Origin: a virus
Length of the DNA stretch: 64,000 nt
Strand: one strand, 5' to 3'
Virus record (IMG/VR): IMGVR_UViG_3300025122_000008
Coordinates: 34,426 to 98,425 of that record
The notes below the pieces were generated by a model. The model searched no databases. It worked only from the letters and a program-made list of their open reading frames with translations, and was not told where the DNA came from. Positions within the stretch are counted from its first letter, which is position 1, and the number at the start of each line of letters is the position of its first letter. The translations under genes and the position numbers were made by a program. Shown here piece after piece: positions 56,703 to 64,000 of this stretch.

Positions 56703-57089
56703 TTGAAGAAAACAAAACGCTATATATCTCTCGCACAAAAAGTTGCAGAACAATCAGACTATGGAAAATTTAGACATGGCGCTGTTCTTGTTAGGGGAAG
56801 CTCAGTAAGAAACATGGCGTGTAATAAACACCGTCATTGTCACTTTGGAAAAAGATTTCGTGAAGTTAACACAGGAAATGCTACATTGCATGCAGAGCTT
56901 GGTGTCATTCTTGGAATGGATCGCTCAGTTACGCAAGGGGCTACTGTCTACGCCGCACGAGTAAACAAGGAGGGTCATCCTCGTATGAGCAGACCGTGCC
57001 CTATGTGCGAAAATGCGATGCGACACGTGGGAATAAAGAGAGTTGTGTATACTGATCGCAATGGAAGAATAGAAAGTATGAGACTATGA
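56703..57089 (+). CDS. Zn-dependent cytidine/dCMP deaminase-family protein
   Basis: HGAVLV, LHAE, SRPCPMC, GIKRVVY. Confidence 0.85.
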   Translation: MKKTKRYISLAQKVAEQSDYGKFRHGAVLVRGSSVRNMACNKHRHCHFGKRFREVNTGNATLHAELGVILGMDRSVTQGATVYAARVNKEGHPRMSRPCPMCENAMRHVGIKRVVYTDRNGRIESMRL

Positions 57090-58066
57090 AAAGAGTAATG
57101 ATAGTGGATGCCCTGAACATGTATTTTAGGGCTTACATCGTGGACCCGAGCCTGTCTACAAATGGACAGCCCATAGGAGGCGTTAAGGGCTTCTTAAAGA
57201 TACTACAGAAGCTTTCACGCGACCTTAAACCCGACATGATAGCCGTCTGTTGGGATGGCCCCGGAGGATCCCTTAAACGACGACAGATAGTTAAAGAATA
57301 TAAGCAGGGCCGCAAGCCGATTCGCCTCAATCGAGAGACAGATCTAACTGAGAATGAAGAGTTGGAAAATAAAATTTGGCAACAGACGCGGCTATTAGAA
57401 TATCTCAATCAACTACCCGTCGTGCAGTACATGTTTCCAGAAGTTGAGGCCGATGATGTAATAGCATACGTAGCCCAATCTGCGCAGTTTGCCGGGTGGC
57501 AAAAGATTATTGTTTCTAGTGATAAAGATTTTTTACAGCTCTGCGACGGTGAAACAATTCTCTTTCGACCTATTCAAAAAAAGGTTCATAATCGTAATAA
57601 TGTAGTAGAAGAATACGGCATTCATCCTAAAAACTTTGCGGCCGCCCGGGCAATCGCCGGCGACAAATCAGATAATCTTAAAGGGGTCGGCGGTGCGGGT
57701 CTTCCGACCATTAAAAAGAGACTTCCGTTCCTTGGAGAAAATAAAAATTTTTCTTTAAAGGAGATTGTTGAGTATTGTCGAGAGTTTAAGCCAGATGACA
57801 AGAGGCGCCCAAAATTTTACGAAGCCATAACAGACAATGAGGAGATAATTAGATTAAACTATCGCCTCATGCAACTGTATAATCCTAGCATATCTAAACT
57901 AACCCAAAAGAAAATTGATTATGGGTTCAAAAATTTTGCTTATGATTATAATAGAACTGAATTTATTAAAATGATGAATGAGGACGGATTTGGTGTGTTT
58001 AGCTGGGTCGATCTTTATGCAATCATGAATCGCATTTCGGCCGATAAGCCACTTAAAAATGCATAG
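57086..58066 (+). CDS. 5'-3' exonuclease/RNase H (FEN family)
   Basis: IVDALN, WDG, YKQGR, EADDVI, SSDKDFLQL, GDKSDNLKGVGG. Confidence 0.92.
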   Translation: MKRVMIVDALNMYFRAYIVDPSLSTNGQPIGGVKGFLKILQKLSRDLKPDMIAVCWDGPGGSLKRRQIVKEYKQGRKPIRLNRETDLTENEELENKIWQQTRLLEYLNQLPVVQYMFPEVEADDVIAYVAQSAQFAGWQKIIVSSDKDFLQLCDGETILFRPIQKKVHNRNNVVEEYGIHPKNFAAARAIAGDKSDNLKGVGGAGLPTIKKRLPFLGENKNFSLKEIVEYCREFKPDDKRRPKFYEAITDNEEIIRLNYRLMQLYNPSISKLTQKKIDYGFKNFAYDYNRTEFIKMMNEDGFGVFSWVDLYAIMNRISADKPLKNA

Positions 58067-58084
58067 AATATTTTAGAGGCAGGA

Positions 58085-59440
58085 ATGGAATTACAAGAAA
58101 AAATTACTTTTTCAAAATATGGGAAATCGTTTCAAGAACAACTATGTGCGGTTATACTAGACGACAGACCCTTCGCAGATCAAATCGAAGAAGTATTAGA
58201 CATTAGCTTTTTAGAGTTACGATATCTGAAGCTCTTTGTAAAAAAGATCTTTCAATATAGAAAGAAATATGGCGTACACCCCTCGCGACAGATATTGGGC
58301 ACCATTCTAAGATCAAATATAGACGACGAAAACGAACTTACTCAACAACAAGTAAGAGAATATTACGCTCGTACAATGGTGACCCAGTCAGAAAATAGTG
58401 AATTCATCAAGGAGACGTCGCTGGATTTTTGTAAAAAACAAAATCTAAAATCCGCCATGATTAAGTCTATAGGTCTTCTTCAAAATTCTTCATTTGAAGA
58501 AATTTCAATGGTTATTAATGAATCGCTAAAGCTCGGTGTTGATAATAATTCTGGATATGATTGGAAGGCAGATTTTGAGGAGAGGTTTAAGCCGCGATTC
58601 CGAGAGCCAGTGGCCACTGGGTGGGTTTTAATTGATGATATTTGTAAAGGTGGTCTCGGGAAGAAGGAGCTTGGAGTGGTACTTGCCCCAACTGGTGCTG
58701 GAAAGTCAATGGCCTTGGTACATTTAGGAACTCAGGCTATTAAAGAGGGGCTAAACGTGATACACTACACCCTAGAATTGATGGATACAGTAGTGGCATC
58801 TAGGTACGACAGTTGTTTAACCAAAATTCCGATTAATGATCTGATTTCTTTCAAAGAAAAAATTTATGAAGACGTTCAAGATATTGATGGAAAACTAATT
58901 ATTAAGGAATATCCAACAAAGGCTGCTTCCACACGTACTTTAAAAACCCACCTCGAAAGGTTAAAAATGCGAGACATCGATATTGATATGATAATAGTGG
59001 ACTATGCAGACCTACTCAGACCAGTTTCTTCACAAAGAGAGAAAAGAAATGAGTTGGAATCGATTTATGAGGAGCTGCGCGGCCTAGCCCAGGAATACTC
59101 ATGTCCTATCTGGACAGCGTCTCAAACAAATAGGTCGGGATTAAATGCGGATGTGATTACCATGGAATCAATATCCGAGGCGTTTAATAAATGCTTCGTT
59201 TCAGATTTTATTTTTAGTATATCAAGAACCGTGGATGACAAACTGACAAATACGGGACGTCTTTTTATTGCAAAAAACAGAAATGGGCCCGACGGTATGG
59301 TTTTCCCGATGTTTATGGATACTAGCAACGTCACTTTAAAAGTGCTGGAGCCGGACGAATCACAAACCGAGGAAATCACACCGAAGGCACAAAAACAAAA
59401 ATTGGCAGAGAAATATAAAAAATTTAAAAGCGGGGGGTAG
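58085..59440 (+). CDS. Replicative helicase (DnaB/gp41-like)
   Basis: APTGAGKS, TLE, IIVDYADLL, TASQTNR, KNRNG. Confidence 0.92.
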   Translation: MELQEKITFSKYGKSFQEQLCAVILDDRPFADQIEEVLDISFLELRYLKLFVKKIFQYRKKYGVHPSRQILGTILRSNIDDENELTQQQVREYYARTMVTQSENSEFIKETSLDFCKKQNLKSAMIKSIGLLQNSSFEEISMVINESLKLGVDNNSGYDWKADFEERFKPRFREPVATGWVLIDDICKGGLGKKELGVVLAPTGAGKSMALVHLGTQAIKEGLNVIHYTLELMDTVVASRYDSCLTKIPINDLISFKEKIYEDVQDIDGKLIIKEYPTKAASTRTLKTHLERLKMRDIDIDMIIVDYADLLRPVSSQREKRNELESIYEELRGLAQEYSCPIWTASQTNRSGLNADVITMESISEAFNKCFVSDFIFSISRTVDDKLTNTGRLFIAKNRNGPDGMVFPMFMDTSNVTLKVLEPDESQTEEITPKAQKQKLAEKYKKFKSGG

Positions 59441-59445
59441 ATAAA

Positions 59446-61857
59446 ATGTACACTGAAGGACAGGCAAAAGAGGCCAGTTTAAAATATTTTAACGATGATG
59501 AACTAGCAACAAACGTTTTTTTGACAAAATATTGTCTCAAAGATGGAAAAGGCAATTTTGTAGAAAAAACCCCCGATGATATGCACGGCCGCCTGGCTAA
59601 AGAATTTGCTCGTATTGAAAAAAAGTTTAAAGGAAGCCTTCTATCTGAGAAAGAAATATATGATTATTTAAAAGATTTTAAATATATTGTACCTCAAGGC
59701 TCTCCCATGATGGGGATAGGAAATGACTATGTTAATGTATCTCTATCTAACTGCGTGGTTATCGATAATCCAGAAGACAACATTTCGTCTATTATAGATA
59801 CCGGCAAAGACCTCGCTAATCTTTTTAAGCGGCGTTGCGGTGTTGGCCTTGATATCAGTGGCCTACGTCCGACTGGCGGCATTGTTAATAATTCGGCTCG
59901 CACTACTACTGGGGCTTGGAGTTTCGCTGATCTCTACTCTTACATCTGCCGGATGATTGGACAGAATGGCCGCCGCGGAGCGTTGATGATTTCGATGGAC
60001 GTGCGTCATCCCGACATTGAGCAGTTTGTGACGATGAAACACGACCTAACTAAAGTAACGGGGGCGAACGTATCCGTAAAGATAAGCGATAGCTTCATGG
60101 AGGCTGTTGAGAGCAACGATACGTTTACTTTACAGTTCCCCGTCGATGCTGAACACCCTGAATACACATCCGAGATTGATGCTAGTGCTCTCTGGAATAC
60201 CATTATCGAGTCGGCCACCAAAACCGCAGAGCCCGGGCTCCTAATGTGGGACAACATCACTAAGAATTTACCGGCTCATTCATATGCAGCCTTCGAGACC
60301 AAGACCACCAATCCTTGCGGGGAGATCCCCCTCTCAGCGTATGACTCGTGCAGGCTCATCTCTTTGAATTTGAAAAGTCTCGTGAAAAATTCTTTTGAAA
60401 AAAATGCAGATTTTGACTTTAATAAGCTGAAAGAAGTTTCAGCGGTAGGAATGCGCTTATCTGATGACTTGGTAGAACTGGAGTTAGAAAAGCTACAAAA
60501 TATACGCAAGTGTGCGGACACCGATGATGAAAAAAGTCTTTGGACTAAACTTTATGGCGCTGCATTCAACGGCCGCCGAACTGGTCTAGGTACTCACGGC
60601 TTGGCCGATGCGATTGCTTGCCTTAATCTGGCATATGATAGTCCCGAAGCCATTGTAATCATTGAAAAAATCTATCGCACTTTACGGGACGCAGCCTACG
60701 AAGAGAGCGTCTACCTAGCCCAAGAGCGTGGCCACTTTCCGGCCTTTGACTGGAGTGTTGAGGAAAACAACGAGTTTATTCAACGGTTACCGACATTCCT
60801 CAAGGAGTTGATTGCCAAGCATGGGCGCCGCAATATATCAATTCTTACAAATGCACCAACTGGCTCTGTTTCTATTATGTCACAGACTTCATCCGGCCTT
60901 GAGCCGGTGTTTAGAAATTCTTATGTTAGACGTCGCAAACTTTCCCATGATGAGCAGGATCTTGACGAAGACCATATAGATGATATGGGAGACAGGTGGG
61001 TAGAATATGAAGTGCTTCACCACAATGTTCAAGCGTGGTTTGAGCAGCACCCTCTCAAAACTCTAGGACCTCTACCTGATTTTTTTGTAGAGTCCGACAG
61101 CATTGATTGGACGCGCCGAGTCGCCGTTCAGGCGGCTATTCAACAATATATAGACCACAGCATTAGTTCAACAATTAATCTTCCAAAGGGTACCTCTTCT
61201 CAGTTGGTGGGGAATCTGTATATGGAAGGCTGGCGCCGTGGGCTCAAGGGGATCACAGTTTATGTAGATGGATCACGTTCGGGTGTGCTTCTTGTCGGAA
61301 AAGACCTTGGATTTCCGCAACACAAAGCACCCAAGCGCCCCACAGAGTTACCCTGTAACATTCATCACACCACGATTCAGGGAGAGAGGTGGATTATTTT
61401 AGTTGGCCTTATGGATGAAAAGCCCTATGAAATTATGGGGGGTCTTTCAAATTTGATTGAGATTCCAACCAAAGATACCGAAGGCATATTGGTTAAGCAC
61501 TCTCGAAAGTCAATGAATTCTATATATGATTTAAAAATTGGGAGGAACGGCGACAGCATCGTTGTAAAAAATTTAGTTAAAGTTTTTGATAATCCCAACC
61601 ATTCTGCTTTCACTAGAATGATTTCGCTCGGGCTGCGCCATGGAGCGAATATTCAGTATGTTGTGGAACAGTTACAGAAGGATCGAGATAGCGATATGTT
61701 TAGTTTTGCTCGTTGTATTGCTCGTATTTTAAAGAACTATATTCCAGATGGTCAAACGGCAACAGAAAAGACTTGCGGCGAGTGTGGTACCGAAGGATTG
61801 GTTTACGTTGAGGGCTGTATCACTTGTAATAATTGTGGCTTTGCTAGATGCGGATAG
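59446..61857 (+). CDS. nrdJ: Class II (adenosylcobalamin-dependent) ribonucleotide reductase
   Basis: SLSNC, GRRGALM, TNPCGEIPL, APTGS, SISSTINLP, KGITVY; C-terminal domain with CxxC...EGC..CxxC; no NrdB gene nearby. Confidence 0.88.
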   Translation: MYTEGQAKEASLKYFNDDELATNVFLTKYCLKDGKGNFVEKTPDDMHGRLAKEFARIEKKFKGSLLSEKEIYDYLKDFKYIVPQGSPMMGIGNDYVNVSLSNCVVIDNPEDNISSIIDTGKDLANLFKRRCGVGLDISGLRPTGGIVNNSARTTTGAWSFADLYSYICRMIGQNGRRGALMISMDVRHPDIEQFVTMKHDLTKVTGANVSVKISDSFMEAVESNDTFTLQFPVDAEHPEYTSEIDASALWNTIIESATKTAEPGLLMWDNITKNLPAHSYAAFETKTTNPCGEIPLSAYDSCRLISLNLKSLVKNSFEKNADFDFNKLKEVSAVGMRLSDDLVELELEKLQNIRKCADTDDEKSLWTKLYGAAFNGRRTGLGTHGLADAIACLNLAYDSPEAIVIIEKIYRTLRDAAYEESVYLAQERGHFPAFDWSVEENNEFIQRLPTFLKELIAKHGRRNISILTNAPTGSVSIMSQTSSGLEPVFRNSYVRRRKLSHDEQDLDEDHIDDMGDRWVEYEVLHHNVQAWFEQHPLKTLGPLPDFFVESDSIDWTRRVAVQAAIQQYIDHSISSTINLPKGTSSQLVGNLYMEGWRRGLKGITVYVDGSRSGVLLVGKDLGFPQHKAPKRPTELPCNIHHTTIQGERWIILVGLMDEKPYEIMGGLSNLIEIPTKDTEGILVKHSRKSMNSIYDLKIGRNGDSIVVKNLVKVFDNPNHSAFTRMISLGLRHGANIQYVVEQLQKDRDSDMFSFARCIARILKNYIPDGQTATEKTCGECGTEGLVYVEGCITCNNCGFARCG

Positions 61858-61868
61858 CTAATTAGAAT

Positions 61869-62177
61869 ATGATAAATTTTACAGAAAAAGCAGTAGCTCA
61901 TCTTAAGTCGGTCTTAGAGGCGGGAGAGATGGTGCGTATAGGAGTAGTGGGCGGAGGCTGTTCGGGGATGTCCTATGCCCTAAACATTGAAACCGAAACT
62001 GATGAAGAAGACATTCGCTTGAACTATGAAGAGGTGGATATTTATTTAGATCCTTATAGTTCTGAAATTTTAAAAGATACTATTGTAGACTATATTACAA
62101 CACTACAGCAACAAGGATTTAAATTTATGAATCCGAATGCCAACACCACATGTGGGTGTGGTTCATCATTTAGTTAG
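61869..62177 (+). CDS. iscA: A-type Fe-S carrier (IscA/HesB family)
   Basis: GGGCSGMSY and NPNA..TCGCGSSF. Confidence 0.92.
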   Translation: MINFTEKAVAHLKSVLEAGEMVRIGVVGGGCSGMSYALNIETETDEEDIRLNYEEVDIYLDPYSSEILKDTIVDYITTLQQQGFKFMNPNANTTCGCGSSFS

Positions 62178-62189
62178 GGGAAACAAATT

Positions 62190-62564
62190 ATGGCTTATTC
62201 TAAAAAAGTATTAGACCACTTTGAAAGACCACAGAATGTGGGATCTCTGGACAAAAAGGACCCCCGAGTCGGTACTGGGGTAGTCGGCGCCCCGGAGTGT
62301 GGGGATGTGATGAAATTACAAATTAAGATAGACGAAAATAATTGTATTTGTGATGCAAAGTTTAAAACATTTGGTTGTGGCTCCGCCATTGCCGCCTCCT
62401 CTCTAGCAACCGAGTGGATTAAGGGAAAAACTTTAACGGAAGCCGCACAGATTAAAAATACAGATATCGTGGAAGAACTGGCGCTCCCTCCCGTTAAAAT
62501 ACATTGCTCGGTCCTGGCGGAAGAGGCAATCAAAGCCGCGATACAAGATTTGGAAAATAAATGA
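62190..62564 (+). CDS. iscU: Fe-S cluster scaffold IscU
   Basis: MAYSKKVLDHF, GAPECGDVMKLQI, FKTFGCGSAIA, LPPVKIHCS. Confidence 0.95.
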   Translation: MAYSKKVLDHFERPQNVGSLDKKDPRVGTGVVGAPECGDVMKLQIKIDENNCICDAKFKTFGCGSAIAASSLATEWIKGKTLTEAAQIKNTDIVEELALPPVKIHCSVLAEEAIKAAIQDLENK

Positions 62565-62836
62565 TATTTACACCGGTTAATAATTATGTATATGTTGAAA
62601 TAGTTGAGGAAAAGAAAAACGAAGTAGCGATATTATTACCCCACGACTACCAGCCCTCCGAGGAACCATTTGTCGTTGTACGCGTTGTAAAACAAAGTGA
62701 GACGTCAACCGGCATCTGGATGGAGGGCGCGTGTTTGGTGGTAGAAGCTCGAATGCTTCAACGTATACAATATTCTGGAAGTTCTTTTACGGTTATTAAG
62801 GAAAATTATATTATAGGTCTGCTCGATCTAGAATGA
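62561..62836 (+). CDS. GroES-like co-chaperonin
   Basis: PVNNYVYVE...ILLP...IKENYIIG, 91 aa. Confidence 0.65.
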   Translation: MIFTPVNNYVYVEIVEEKKNEVAILLPHDYQPSEEPFVVVRVVKQSETSTGIWMEGACLVVEARMLQRIQYSGSSFTVIKENYIIGLLDLE

Positions 62837-63558
62837 CGGCTCTATTAAAATTAAAAAAGGTTGTTGTCGGTTATACCTTACAGGCTCTTCGTTACGCCAA
62901 TATAAATAACGCAACTCTTCTAGTAAACGACGTACAAACACCAAATGAAATAACAAACAAGGAGGATTCACTAGAGTGGTATAGATTAAGCTTTGAATTG
63001 GGTATGCGAGGTTTGTTGTTGGCACCATCCCGCGTAGAAAACATTAGGATCGATGAGAATCTTGTCAAGATAACTACGGAGAACTATAATTTAATCAAGT
63101 GTTCCTTTGATGAACTCTATATTTTTAATTTAGAACGGGTGGAGGGTATACCCGCAGAGGAAAGTGTAGAACAGTACGTTGTATATGACTGGTTCGATAT
63201 AAAGCGAGGCGCCAAACAACCATCATGTAGAGTTTTAACCTCAAAAGATTTTGTTAGGGAACTGGTTTTTTATCCTTCGATTAGAAAAGACGGCAACAAT
63301 GGAATCTTTAAGGACTGCTATACAAAATCGTTTATAAAGCCGCGGCACCTGAAAGAGTTTGAGTATTCTGAGACGTCGGCCAGACTTAAAGCATTAAATC
63401 TGATGATGCGAAATGGCTTCTCGGGACCAGCCCGTCAAGTTGCCGAAAAGAATTATCATCTCAGTATAGTTTTAGAACACAGCAGGAGAGAACTTTATAA
63501 ATTTAAAAAGTCCTATTCCATAAATGATGACTTACCCGAGAACATATTTTTATTGTGA
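62833..63558 (+). CDS. Hypothetical protein (possible degenerate Rossmann-like N-terminus)
   Basis: 241-aa ORF with ATGA overlap; KVVVGYTLQALRYA at the N-terminus. Confidence 0.55.
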   Translation: MTALLKLKKVVVGYTLQALRYANINNATLLVNDVQTPNEITNKEDSLEWYRLSFELGMRGLLLAPSRVENIRIDENLVKITTENYNLIKCSFDELYIFNLERVEGIPAEESVEQYVVYDWFDIKRGAKQPSCRVLTSKDFVRELVFYPSIRKDGNNGIFKDCYTKSFIKPRHLKEFEYSETSARLKALNLMMRNGFSGPARQVAEKNYHLSIVLEHSRRELYKFKKSYSINDDLPENIFLL

Positions 63559-63567
63559 GATGCACCG

Positions 63568-64000
63568 GTGGAACTCGGAAAACTAGATAAAAACTCTTTT
63601 CACTTGGCTGGAATAATCCCAGTTGCAGGATCTACTACAGAGTTTAATATTCCGGGCCATGGTGTTTTGATGCCGGTATCTCCCGATCTGAACCTAATAG
63701 AACGTTCGGTTTTAGAGTGTGCTTATGCTGGCTGTGAATCAATTTGGATAGTTTGCAATGACGATATAGCACCAGTTGTTAAATATTATGTGGGGGATTG
63801 GGTAGAGGACCCGTCTTCAATCGAAGCAGGCCTTTATATTAAATATACCGAGAAGTCACGTTTATCTATTCCGATTTATTATGTCCCAATACATCCCAAA
63901 CATAGAGATAAGATAGATTGTTATGCGTGGTCTATACTTCATGGCGCCAACGTTGCATATTGGATATGTCGTCGGCTTGGTAGGTGGTTAATTCCCGACA
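63568..64000 (+). CDS. Nucleotidyltransferase-fold protein (3'-partial)
   Basis: GTG 63568; LAGIIPVAG...LMPV...IERSVLECAYAGCESIWIV resembles the N-terminus of sugar-phosphate nucleotidyltransferases; runs off the window. Confidence 0.6.
   Translation, partial: MELGKLDKNSFHLAGIIPVAGSTTEFNIPGHGVLMPVSPDLNLIERSVLECAYAGCESIWIVCNDDIAPVVKYYVGDWVEDPSSIEAGLYIKYTEKSRLSIPIYYVPIHPKHRDKIDCYAWSILHGANVAYWICRRLGRWLIPD

Noticed and set aside
353-63028. Numerous minus-strand and nested ORFs in the track
   Set aside because: They are shadows of well-supported plus-strand genes (notably antisense of the fibre repeats and of Ala/Gly-rich genes) and show no recognisable motifs.
1-64000. Stop-codon reassignment as in some large phages
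   Set aside because: Core genes are full length in code 11, and TAA, TAG and TGA all occur at natural gene ends.
1-64000. tRNA, rRNA, integrase or transposase genes
   Set aside because: None recognised; intergenic gaps are mostly too short and no cloverleaf or recombinase motifs were seen by eye.

Overview
The window is a gene-dense, entirely plus-strand segment of a large T4-like (gp23-capsid, contractile-tail) myovirus genome in genetic code 11. It is not a cellular chromosome. Order: putative baseplate/virion genes (1-6.6 kb, the first carrying a Hint domain); RuvC-like resolvase, primase and a fused Mre11-Rad50; a small membrane/lysis-like cassette; fibre genes; terminase, portal, prohead protease, head-associated proteins, ribosomal protein bS21, a repeat-built fibre, scaffold and major capsid; neck, tail terminator, sheath, tube, tail chaperone, tape measure and baseplate genes; then a replication/metabolism block (short family-A polymerase, degenerate tubulin/FtsZ, gp32-like SSB, GHKL/MORC ATPase, RecA/UvsX, ParB-like protein, deaminase, 5'-3' exonuclease, DnaB-like helicase, class II RNR, IscA, IscU, GroES). 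Two promoter classes are visible: canonical sigma70 TTGACA-N17-TAnnnT before replication genes, and a recurrent (A/T)CTA(T/A)TTA box before structural genes. The strongest candidates for undescribed biology are: (i) shared N- and C-terminal peptide tags on unrelated proteins, suggesting a capsid-loading and protease-release cargo system; (ii) pervasive [S/T]-G/A/S-[S/A/T] tripeptides in outward-facing virion proteins, a possible modification sequon; (iii) a hidden +1/-2 frameshift joining gp26-like and gp51-like tail chaperones; (iv) a non-splicing Hint domain in a virion protein; (v) heavy iteration of GCCGGC/GGCGCC palindromes. All calls come from motif recognition by eye; no searches were run.
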